Shown here piece by piece: positions 1 through 10,443 of a DNA stretch of 19,428 nt (position 1 is the first letter of the stretch; every line of letters starts with the position of its first letter). A program made the translations under genes and the position numbers. The stretch is from positions 111,169,846-111,189,273 of the forward strand of contig JANKJI020000004.1 in assembly GCA_024626585.2 (NCBI GenBank), written 5' to 3'. Source of the DNA: Ginkgo biloba. Taxonomy: Eukaryota; Plantae; Ginkgophyta. The notes below the pieces were generated by a model. It was not told the origin of the DNA. It did not search any database and worked only from the letters and a program-made list of their open reading frames with translations.

Positions 1-1316
1 TCACTATATAAGACCAACACTGAAATCATGCATATCATTGATGGTATTGAGGATGTGTAAAAGCATTAGAGGACAATGCACATGTTAAATAAGGCCTTGA
101 CAAGGTTTATGTGAGAGAATGGAGCATCGAAAGGGCATGCAATTTGTTAGAGGGATAAACTCATCCCAAATATTGTATTCATGGGAAAAATTTTAGGAAC
201 GGTATGAAAGAGGAGGTAATGCATTCCTAAATAACAACGATTCTAAGAGACATACTTGGCCATCAGGCCCGTTGTTACTAGTTTTCATGTGTTAGGGCCA
301 ATGGAGGGATGCTTCTGTGGAACTATATGCTGGTCCAAGTGATCCTTAAGTGACGAATGCCATTACAGGCCTTGACCAACAGTCATTATTTACTAGTAGT
401 TAGCCAACCATTGAAGATTGAGAGTCCACAACAGCTTTAAGGTCTTGAGTTCAATGGATTGTTTTCACAGGGAGTGAAAAACACATAAAAGAGGTTGTCA
501 CAAAAGGCAACCAATGCAGAACCAGGTGAATTAGGTGATCACCAGGATACAAGCTGTTGCTGTAACCAACAAAATGCATCTTCATTGAATCTAGATTCAC
601 TCTGAACATGTTCATATGTTTGATTACACCTTGTGTTGTGCCTCTTCGGCTACCACTGTCATGGTGGTGTGAATCATTCTAGGTTGAATTTTTCAGCAAA
701 GTTTAGCCATTTGAGAGAATGACCAAGTCCACCAAAGTAGTCACATTGCAGATAAAGAGAGCCCAGAAAAAGACTGACGGTAAAAGGTTCAGATCCTAAA
801 GCACTGTTTGATGAAGTCATTAACATGTCTCATGAATAATAGCCAATGTTTTAGACAGTGTTAGACAAGATAGGATTGGGGGTCTTGTCTTCTATCTCTG
901 AAAGGGACCATCCATTTTGTGTCAATCTTATCCTTCTTTCTAGATTTTTGTCTTAAGAGTGAAATTACGCCATTTTTTTCACTTATGTAAATATTAGCTA
1001 GTTCTANNNNNNNNNNNNNNNNNNNNNNNNNNNNNNNNNNNNNNNNNNNNNNNNNNNNNNNNNNNNNNNNNNNNNNNNNNNNNNNNNNNNNNNNNNNNNN
1101 NNNNNNNNNNNNNNNNNNNNNNNNNNNNNNNNNNNNNNNNNNNNNNNNNNNNNNNNNNNNNNNNNNNNNNNNNNNNNNNNNNNNNNNNNNNNNNNNNNNN
1201 NNNNNNNNNNNNNNNNNNNNNNNNNNNNNNNTAAATATGTATATATGGATAAGTAAATAAATGGTTTATAAATTTATTATACATGGATCTAGACAATATG
1301 ATTTTAGGAAGAATAA

Positions 1317-1334
1317 GTGTGTGTGTGTGTGTGT
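1317..1334. repeat. (GT)9 microsatellite
   Basis: Nine perfect GT units read directly from the sequence. Confidence 0.95.
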
Positions 1335-1659
1335 TTGTATCACTAGATAAAAATCAATATGGAAATACATCTTAAGAAGGATATATATGAGAAGTCATAT
1401 AATACATTATGTACAAATTTAGGATGCCTCAAAATGCATATAATTAATGAGATAAGAATAACTTCTACTTTGGAAAATATGATTATTTTTATCTAGGTCT
1501 ACCTCACTACATGCTCTCTAAGTGATCTAGTTCTTGTAATCACTTGCCACATTGTCTACTATATTATTTTTTGTTACTAACAAATTTCCTCTTCCTAGTT
1601 TTGTGTAAGTGTCTCATTGGATACCATTTAAATCCACCTCAATTATTACTAATATATAT

Positions 1660-2240
1660 CCTATTCCATCTATATTGGTAGTAAGTTATGGAGGAGGATG
1701 TGGTATCAATAAAAGAACCATGAATCATGCTTAAAATTTATATAAGAGGGACTATATATAGTGGAAGGACATGTGATCTGTATAGGCTAAGGTTATGACT
1801 TTAAGGATCCATGATAATCATAAATATCTACCCCATTGAAACTCATGAATTTATTAGTGCATACAACCTAAGGTTATCTAATCTATATTCCCATGGTATA
1901 ACCCCTTATACGCAATAACCCACTAATGAAGTGAAGGCATGATCATATCCATAGTAATTAATCTAACCTATGATCTCAAGTGAATCATCCTTTTGTAAAT
2001 GAATAATAATAATATATACCCATATGGAAATATACTTTTGGGTTACTCGTGGGGTATATAGTCATCTAATGCTCTAATTAGATGATAGTTTACCATAGAT
2101 ATAGAGTTATAAGAGATGCCCCATTCATAGTCCCTCACTAATGACATAGGTCTTATAGGGATGCCATTGTCCCTGACAATCCCTTATAGTAGGTATAAAA
2201 TCATACATACCATGATTTCCATCCTCTCTCTATGGATCAT
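1660..2240 (-). pseudogene. Degenerate plant mobile domain (PMD, aminotransferase-like, PF10536)-like ORF, probably an accessory ORF of a transposon
   Basis: A single minus frame from 2240 reads ...GIPIRPMSLVRDYEWGISYNSISMVNYHLIRALDDYI...YILLLFIYKRMIHLRS*...MPSLH*W...HEFQWGRY...A*FMVLLLIPHPPP, with about a dozen stops. The order and spacing resemble the PMD motifs (Y.WG...LA.LY..L; LLQ.W..E....RP; F.W.PY; RQFG..Q.IP.PP). Matched from memory, not by HMM. Confidence 0.5.
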
Positions 2241-2710
2241 ATGAATAGAAATGGTTTCATTCTGTCTTATAAAATATATAATACCATTTCTTTTCGAAAG
2301 AAAATGAAAAGAAATTACCAGTGATATTCTCCTTTATTTTTCTTTTTTAGATCTGCCCTTCAGGGTTAGGATAATGGCCAAATTTAATCGTTCGATGGGC
2401 CAACATTGTGTATCGGCAAAATGTAAAGGTGAAGCTGGTTATCCAGTGATATGGAACATTTTTGAATCAATTTCAAGGCGCANNNNNNNNNNNNNNNNNN
2501 NNNNNNNNNNNNNNNNNNNNNNNNNNNNNNNNNNNNNNNNNGAGAAATGATGGCACACATGTGCACCCAACAACCCCGACCTAATATTTTGGATGGAATT
2601 GGCCAAATAAAAGAATGTACTATGGATAATGGGCTACATGGTGTTTTTAATTCATATCATATTATAATTTGAATTTCAACAAAGGTGTTTTTTTATCACA
2701 CACATTGAGT

Positions 2711-2730
2711 ACACATACGCACACATACGC
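2711..2730. repeat. Perfect 10-bp tandem duplication (ACACATACGC)x2
   Basis: Read directly from the sequence. Confidence 0.9.
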
Positions 2731-3199
2731 ATTAAGTTAAATAACCTATTTTTATAAAGAAAGTAGGCTAATAACCATCCTAAACTATTTCATATTGATT
2801 ACAGTATGTTTTTCAATGAGACAACTAAAAAATAATCTCTTTTCTTCTTTGAGAGAGAGGAAGATAACTATATTCTTGAAATTCCAATCTTATAAAGATC
2901 CCTCACTTAATTTTCTAACATCATATATTATACTAAAGTCTCAAGATACAAAAATTGATCCCAAAAGTCAAATGTAATTCGACCTACTGGCCTTTTAAAT
3001 ATGAAATGTACTATTTTAATACTCAAATATAGGTTTTATATTATCATAATACAATTAATAAATNNNNNNNNNNNNNNNNNNNNNNNNATTAAATAATCTT
3101 GCTTTTTAAAACTTTATGATAATTAAATAATAAAATTCATAATTAAAAAAAACTGATATAATAATATAAAATTAGATATAAAACGTTAACTCTTAATAA

Positions 3200-3295
3200 T
3201 ATAAAATAACACTTATGAAGGCTACGTAACCTTTGTTACGCATTGTGCACAATTTGTACCAAGGGTTACACAACCCTCATAAGTGTTCTTTTATA
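3200..3295. repeat. 96-bp imperfect palindrome (fold-back or MITE-like)
   Basis: Arm 3200-3247 matches the reverse complement of 3248-3295 at 39 of 48 positions, with no indels and no spacer. The centre is TGTG|CACA and both ends are TATA. Confidence 0.9.
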
Positions 3296-3765
3296 AGTGC
3301 TTAATGTAGTGTCCAGATTTTAGAGATACGCGAGCATGCATGATTGGCAAAAATTTAGAAAACGTGCAACAAGCTTAGCACCTGGAGCAAGGTTGAAACT
3401 TGAAGAGTAGCTTGACATTGTGACAATGAGTTTGAGAGTTATTAAGGATTTGGATGTTGGAAACTCTAGATTGAACTTTGCAAGGTCACAATCTATTACT
3501 AGTGGCCATGAAAAAAAAATGAATGGTTTAAGAGACTACTTGATAAATTTGTTAGCAATTCATTATTTCTTTACTCTTTACTTTATGCAATGTTGTCCTG
3601 CAAGTTTATAACGCACTTCAAATCCCTAAAGTCTAGACTCCTTTGCCATGGATTTTACATTGGGCTTTACTATTTCTCTTGTGACCTTAATTTTTAATTG
3701 TGAACTACGAAGAAATCATAATTAAACTACATTCTTGAAATTTAAATACTCTAAATTTAATAATC

Positions 3766-3817
3766 ATTCTCTAATATCTAGATTACATATGATTCTCTAA
3801 TAACTAGATTGCATAAT
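3766..3817. repeat. 26-bp tandem duplication
   Basis: ATTCTCTAATATCTAGATTACATATG is followed by ATTCTCTAATAACTAGATTGCATAAT. Confidence 0.8.
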
Positions 3818-3977
3818 AAAACAGATTACATCTAGTCTCTCGAAGATTCTAGAGTTCAAGTCTCTAAATTACAATCCAAACTAATTATACAACTCATAAA
3901 AATATGAAGATATTTCCCATGTATTTATGATATATACTATAGGTATTAAGAAAATTTGATAGCTAAACCAATGTATT

Positions 3978-4083
3978 AAATGTCATTAGACATCATATAC
4001 AAGATAAGCTAAAAAAAAAAATTCCTTGCAAATGACTAGAGAAACACCTAATGGCATGCAAACAAATATCAAATTCCAACCCT
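3978..4083 (+). repeat. Dispersed repeat copy A (about 105 bp), paired with 6427-6529
   Basis: Colinear shared blocks: CAAGAT..GCTAAAAAAA, CAAATGA, AAACACCTAATGG (13/13) and AAATTCCAA. Identity is roughly 70% by eye. Confidence 0.8.
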
Positions 4084-4233
4084 AACTTCATGGATGATTG
4101 GATACTTACAAAGTATTTCACTTTATTTATCCTTTGGCATATTAGGTTCAACAATTACATTATACCTCCATTCATTCATCTCATATTTCATAAATGAAGC
4201 CATTTTACCCCTTTTTCCTTTTTAAGGGAGTAG

Positions 4234-4616
4234 TGTAAGGTGACCACCTGATCTTATTGAGATAATTGAGGGGCATGATAAGGTGACAGATACATAAATG
4301 TGACATTACTAAGAACAATTATCAATGAACTTATATTTATTGAAACAAGAATTATTAATGAATTTGTATTTTTTGACCAATTGAAACAATAATATGACAA
4401 ATGGATTATGCCTCTAATTTGCAACATAATTGCCATCTCTTGTACATCATAATATATTAATATAAATTAAATTGTGTGATCTTCCCATACTTAAATAGAG
4501 CACCTTTATCCTTTTCCTAGGTCCCTTCTCCCTACGCACTATGGGTTTTCCTTACGGTGTCACCTCACCTTTCTCCTATGCCACAGGATTTTTCTAAGAC
4601 GTTGTGTGCTTATTCA
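4234..4616 (+). mobile_element. Candidate degenerate LTR
   Basis: Starts with TGT right after the purine-rich AAGGGAGTAG (4224-4233). It contains the TATA-like TTAAATAGAG and GGGTTTTCC, and ends near TCAGAGC (4614-4620), the tail of a tRNA-iMet PBS (TGGTATCAGAGC). No second copy is visible to confirm it. Confidence 0.35.
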
Positions 4617-4829
4617 GAGCCTATCAAGTGAGATTCTTCAATTCAATTTGTGCATGAATTTGTACATTGATTAATGTTGAAAACCTACAAGTAAAGCATA
4701 GTTGATCAGTGATTGGATAGAATGGTAATTAATGTGTATTAGTAAAAGTAACCCTCTTTGAATCTTGAGAGGAGGCTTCACATAAGTATAAGATTATGTT
4801 TGTGATTATGGTGTAATCACTCTTAAATA

Positions 4830-6155
4830 GATAAGCTAAGGACCAAAATAGCATATCCAAAAATAAGTATACATGCATCCATTTATGTAATTAAGAATTG
4901 TTTCCATGCAAGGAATCCTTTTAGTGATGCATGTGAGTTATATCTATTTTACGAGAAAATATCTATGAGTAAATACTCCCAATTTAAGTAGGATATTTTA
5001 AGATTATTCTCAAAATTTATCCTTTGTTCCAAATACCTCACTAATGTATTTAGCACATATGTCCACCTATTCTTCTACTTAGTAATATGAGAACTTTATG
5101 TCTCATCACTTCCAAACACAATTACTGCATATTTTTTATAGTTAATAGGTTTAATAGTAAAATGGGTAAGTTACTTCCTTATGATAATTCCATTAATAGA
5201 TAAAAATTTTCATATTTTTATTTTGATCACATGCATTATACCTTTAGGTTTACACCTAGTATAGTATATAGAAATTAAGACTTACGATTCAATGGGTATT
5301 TTTGGTGATCTCTTTTAAAATGTTAGGCACTCAGCTTAAGTTTTTAATAAATGAATAGGTATGTAGAAGTTGTTAATAGGGAACTCATCCATATTTTATG
5401 GATCTATAATTAGGAACATCCAAATAAGTGGGACTTAAGCCTAAGGAATATTGATCATTCTTATAATTAGGCTATCCACGCATTCACTGCTCACTTATTA
5501 TTTGAGGTTTATTTTTATTATCACCCATTAGATCCTTATGAAATATGACTAAGTCTTCCACATATTACTACATGTCATTCATAAAGGGAATAAGGTAAGG
5601 CCCAAATATTTCTTTGAAACCTTTATCAATTATATGCTTAATATTATTAAAAAAAATAGAGCAAAATAGAATGAGTGGATGGATAAGAAAATATTCCTAC
5701 ATACTTTAATTATTTGGGATACATTTTAGCTTCATATTATTAAGAAATGATGCAAGTCTTCTATAAATCATAAGGTCAAGAAAATTTTATTTAATCCATA
5801 CATAATCATCAAACAAGTTGTTCCTAATTCCTTTTACTTGGATTTTCCCACACATCTTAGTATTCATGATGTGGTCAATTCTAGTCTTATAATAATATAC
5901 AAGGAACTAACTCTAGATATGGATGTGGAAGTAAATCATTCAGAGGATTTTATTCATGACATCTAACCTTCTCTTTAGGAATAAACCCTTTTTCACACTA
6001 AGGTTCTCTCTAGAAAGAGTAATTATACTATTTTATACTTAATTGTGAAGAATGACCAACTTCCNNNNNNNNNNNNNNNNNNNNNNNNNNNNNNNNNNNN
6101 NNNNNNNNTTCATCAATATTTTCCACACTTATTAGGAAGAAATAAAGTCTACTGA
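4830..6155 (+). pseudogene. Ty3/gypsy pol 3' part: integrase core, GPY/F motif and C-terminal tail (chromovirus-like)
   Basis: Manual translation: CIFFIVNRFNSKMG (~CVFVVVDRFSKMA), PSIVYRN*DLRFNGYFW (~IVSDRDSRF...FW), MNRYVEVVNRELIHILWIYN*EHPNKWD...HSYN*AIH (~QTDGQTEVVNR...HP..WD...HSYNRA.H), FNPYIIIKQV..NSFYLDFPTHLSIHDVVN (GPY/F region). HQYFPHLL stays in frame after the 6065-6108 gap. Confidence 0.9.
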
Positions 6156-6426
6156 TTATTAGTTACGACAAAATGATGAGAATAACACGTAAAATAAATG
6201 GATATTCCTTCCACTTACTCAAGATTCGTGTATTAAACACTCTCAAATAATGGATTTTCTACTTGACATATACGATATCACTTGTAATTAGATTAAAATA
6301 AATATGTGATTACATGATTAGNNNNNNNNNNNNNNNNNNNNNNNNNNNNNNNNNNNNNNNNNNNNNNNNNNNNNNNNNNNNNNNNNNNNNNNNNNNNNNN
6401 NNNNNNNNNNNNNNNNNNNNNTTTTG

Positions 6427-6529
6427 AAATTTTATTGGACATTAGCCAAGATGGGCTAAAAAAATTTTAGCCCTCAAATGATAGGAAAAACACCTAATGG
6501 TGCGCAGACAACTGTAAAATTCCAAGCTT
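6427..6529 (+). repeat. Dispersed repeat copy B, paired with 3978-4083
   Basis: See copy A. This copy begins just after a 100-N gap. Confidence 0.8.
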
Positions 6530-6657
6530 GAGTATGAACTAACATGTTAAATTACCAATCACCTGTACGTAGGGCATCATAAAGAAGATTTTATACTTCA
6601 CTAGGGTTAATCTAAGGTTACATGGTTTTTGTAGGCTGTTAACCAAAGAAAGCATCA

Positions 6658-6882
6658 TGGTAATGCATATCGATGTTTATTATTGATGTAAAACTAAACC
6701 CCAAAGGATGCGCCTAATCACATTACCATGAATAACTCATGATTTAATAAAACATGCATCTTGAATCACCTTGGTAATACATATCAATGTTTATTGTGAT
6801 GTAAGAAACTAAACCTTAAAGAATGTGTCTAATCACAATACCATGAATAAGACATGATTTAATAAAATGTGCATCTAAATCA
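6658..6882. repeat. Tandem duplication with a unit of about 114 bp (2 copies)
   Basis: 6658-6770 aligns end to end with 6772-6882 (TGGTAAT.CATATC.ATGTTTATT...AAACTAAACC...CTAATCACA.TACCATGAATAA..CATGATTTAATAAAA...GCATCT). The differences include CG-to-CA/TG changes. Confidence 0.92.
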
Positions 6883-7107
6883 TGAATGGCGTGTATGCTT
6901 GGAATTTGACTGACTATCACTATAAATTTTGATAATAGTTTCAATCTTTGTGTTGGCCTTCAAATCATATTCAACAAAAAGAAATAGACTTCATTGTGCA
7001 TAACCAAAGTCATAATATAATATACTACCTCCCCTAGTTAACTTAGTGATGGGTACCTTGATGTCGTCTTACTTGGAAAACTAAAGAAGANNNNNNNNNN
7101 NNNNNNN

Positions 7108-7720
7108 GAATTGGTTTTTCGACTACCTTGAGGTAAAATTGTTAACATTTTTATTAATAAAAAATGGGTTGAATTTATTGCTAGGACCATAGTTGGTTGT
7201 ACAGTAGTGGGTTATTTTATTAGACACATTCCTCTAGAGGGTATGTTAAAAAATTGGTTTACCTAGAATTTGGGAAAATGTTGGATGTCATTTACCCTTT
7301 ATTCAAGGGATGTCGTAGTCACATTCCTNNNNNNNNNNNNNNNNNNNNNNNNNNNNNTGGGTCCACCTTAGTCCTCAGGCAATGGGATATAGACTTTGAT
7401 GTTTTTATAACCAATAAGAATATTTTCCCTGCCTAGGTTGAGGTCCTCATTTTGTCGTTGTATTTATGGGAGTTTGTTGATGACATCGTGCAAACTTTAG
7501 GGCATGTTATTTTTTGATCCCTAAAAAGAAAATTTAGTACTTATCCTAATGTGAGGGTTTGTGTGGAGGTTGATATTTCCAAACCACTATCTGAAGAAAT
7601 TCATATCTTCAATGGGTCTAGAATCAAGAAATAGGTAGTAAGCCATTTCAATCTCTCGTTGGCTTGTTTCCAATGTAGAACATTGGACGCTTTGTCAAGG
7701 ATTTCCCTCTACCTACTCCT
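7108..7720 (+). pseudogene. LINE ORF1 (DUF4283/RRM-like region plus CCHC zinc knuckle)
   Basis: Reads VVGYFIRHIPLEGMLKNW, LVLRQWDIDFD...PA*VEVLILSLYLWE...LGHV, NVRVCVEVDISKPLSEEIHI, and NLSLACFQCR...(frameshift)GRFVKDFP. These match the plant LINE ORF1 motifs ARVCVEVDLSKPLP and CF.C...GH..KDCP. Confidence 0.9.
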
Positions 7721-7989
7721 AGTAAAAATCCCAATGATGCTAAGACTATGAATGGAAGTAATAATGGTTCTTAGGGAGAAGGCATAGCCACACCTGTCGC
7801 TTCAGGTTCTACCCCCCTNNNNNNNNNNNNNNNNNNNNNNNNNNNNNNNNNNNNNNNNNNNNNNNNNNNNNNNNNNNNNNNNNNNNNNNNNNNNNNNNNN
7901 NNNNNNNNNNNNNNNNNNGCCTTGAGTCTAGCCACTTTATATTTTAGATCATCATTAGTTACCTTGATCATATTTAGGGTCATTTTAGA

Positions 7990-8054
7990 GTCCCAAAACC
8001 CCCGTCCATTTAGGGGTCTTAAAACCCCCTTCATCTCGAGGTCCTAAAACCCCC
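7990..8054. repeat. Three GTCYYAAAACCCCC units with a 25-26 bp period, in the gypsy 5' UTR-like region
   Basis: Copies at 7990-8003, 8016-8029 and 8041-8054. Confidence 0.85.
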
Positions 8055-8989
8055 TTATTTATTTTATTTTTGTCTTTTAACTCCTCCATGGAGGTTCACC
8101 CATATTCTGACCCCCATTAGTGTGAGGTCTATTACTTAAGGGTGAAATAAGGTCTCCCTCCTATATGTAATACCATGAATAGGCATTAAATGCCTATCCT
8201 ATAATATAATCCTATTTTTTCCTAAGATGAGATTTTTCTCAACTATAAATAGACTAATGAGCCTCTATCTTATCGTCTTGATACTAAGAATCAAGAGGCC
8301 AATTTCCTAATGTTTATAAATCTATTTGATTACCCACTAGGACCAACTTGATCCTAATTTATCTAATCTTATATATCTAGACCATGTTAAAACTAATGAA
8401 TTATATCCTAATTCACATATGAATCTTAAACCAATAAATATTTTTCTCTAATCAATCAATCCTTTTGACACTTCAAGTCCTCATTCAATCAAAATGGCCA
8501 TGCCATTTCAAACAAAGAAAAAAATAAATTCTCAGACCATTCCTCCACCTCTTTCTATATGAATTTTTGGGAATTTCGTTTAGATGAGTGATAGTATACA
8601 TATACCATTTGTGGGTTATTAAAAAATCCCTTATTTATTAACACTTCTTCTACCATTTTATGGATAATTTTTGTTCACCTACCTATACATATTTGTGAAT
8701 CTTATTAGTTCATCCATTTTAACATCAATTCCCTCTATAGGGGTATAATATGAAAACCCTTTCCTCTATAATCATAACCCCTTTGAGAATATAATTAAAT
8801 TCATATTTACCCATATAGTCATCCTAAGTCTAAAACTATATGTTCTTCAATAAATACTCAACATCAATCTACTAACGATTCCTCCTCTCTTAAGTAAGGG
8901 CCATTTGTTCAACTGATAGTCCCCATTCATAAATCATATACTATTTATATGAAAATTATATTATTTAAACCTATCCAACTTGTCCTATT

Positions 8990-9900
8990 GCCCAATCACC
9001 CTCTTGAACTTCCCAACTTCAATGGTGCACTAAGAACCAATGCTATACTACATGTTGACACATGTGTAATTGCATATGTTGAATTCATGCCATATGATGA
9101 CATAATGCTTAAGATATTTCTTAGGATGTTGATCGACGGGGCTCTAAAATGGTTTTATTGATTACTTGTAGAATCAATTTTGACCTTCCAATAAATGGTC
9201 AACATCTTTATCCAATATTTTGATGAAGCAAATCCCTATGATATAGGGATAAGGTCCTTGATGGCCCTTAAATAGAACAATAATAAAATAAACTTTGACT
9301 TTGTGAGGATATTTTTATCCTTTTTCCACTCATGAAAGAGTACATTTTATGGGATACATTTGTATTACATATTCATGAATGTTCTTTCACCTCATGTACA
9401 CCTAGAGGTCCTTAAAGCAGGTCCTACTTCATATGAGGATATTATCGATAAATGTATCGCCTTAGAGGTCTATAATATTCAAGATGGTGTAAAAAAAAAT
9501 ATTAATACTTTTATCAACTCTTCCTCTATTCATAAGAATAAATATGCCATAATCTATGGGGTCTCATATTTGAAACCCCTACCTTTTCAAGACTAACTCC
9601 TTGATCCTATAATGTATTTCATTAAGTAGCTTGAAAGGACCATGATGATCACTTTCAAGACTAACTTGCTTGTAGATATGCCTCCATCCAAAAATTATGC
9701 CTCTTCTAATAAGTAAATGGAGACTATTCATGTGGAAAAAAAATGACTCGAAGTTACCTTCGAATGAACCTTCTTCTACCTCTACAAGGAAGTTTCCTTA
9801 CAACCCTACTAAGTTGTGTGGATATCAAAAGTGTACTAGGAATGACAAGGAGTCCTACTTTACTATATAAAGGATTCAAATATGATTATTGAATTATGAT
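8990..9900 (+). pseudogene. Retrotransposon gag (PF03732-like) with a degenerate CxYH..GH..C knuckle
   Basis: ELPNFNG...MLKIFLRMLIDGALKWFY*LLVESILTFQ*MVNIFIQYF matches F..SL.G.AL.WF..LP..SI.TF..L...F...F. KLCGYQKCTRNDKESYFTI*RIQ (about 9812-9880) resembles the Tat/Ogre C.YH...GH.TE.C..LK..IQ motif. Confidence 0.85.
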
Positions 9901-10443
9901 TCCCCAACTTATAAACTAAACCAAGACCAAGAGATCTACCAAGAACCTTTTCGTAATCATATGCTTGAAAGATAAAGTGAAAAAAAAATTTCCAAGACTA
10001 GACACAATTCTTCTTCCTCTTCAAAAGAAGAAGAAGAGGAAGATAAGAATCATCCCAAACCATATAAAATATAAATCATTATAAACAAGTTACATATGAA
10101 TCATAGGTCCCCCTTGACTTGGATTATGATCCCTCATATTGAAATCTTTGGAGATATATTCTAAGAAAAAGGGAGCCAAGAACATTAGCTTAATTAAAAT
10201 AATATCTGATCATCCCTAGGAAATTATGTTCACCATGTAGGCGAAAGACTAAAATGAGACTATATGAGCCTAACATATGCCTAATACTTCTCTAGTGATT
10301 GAGATACTTTCCTCACTTCCAAAACCATTGGTGGAATAACCTTTTACCTTCTTGAATAGTTATATTTGATTTCTAATGGCCTCTCCCTCAAACTAATTAA
10401 GGGAAATATTACTCGATAATTAATGAATTATATTCAATTTCTT

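Noticed and set aside
270-430. Short similarities between the first kilobase and the 17645-18016 insert (TGTTACTA, ATTGAAGATT)
   Set aside because: The matches are about 8-15 bp, not colinear and on mixed strands, which is consistent with chance.
3420-3611. 63-aa ORF downstream of the palindrome and motif cluster
   Set aside because: No recognisable domain, short, and no supporting splice or start context.
5541-5564. Minus-strand YVEDLVIF resembling an RT YxDD motif
   Set aside because: The plus strand here is clearly integrase, and no other RT motifs flank it. Chance match.
6515-6910. 14-bp inverted match (GTAAAATTCCAAGC / GCTTGGAATTTGAC) as possible TIRs
   Set aside because: It has one mismatch, does not extend and shows no TSD. 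Too weak.
7990-8054. Regularly spaced repeats as a CRISPR-like array or G-quadruplex
   Set aside because: The 14-bp repeats have 11-12 bp spacers that resemble each other, the context is a eukaryotic retroelement and there are no cas genes. The G-tract loops of about 20 nt are too long for a canonical G4.
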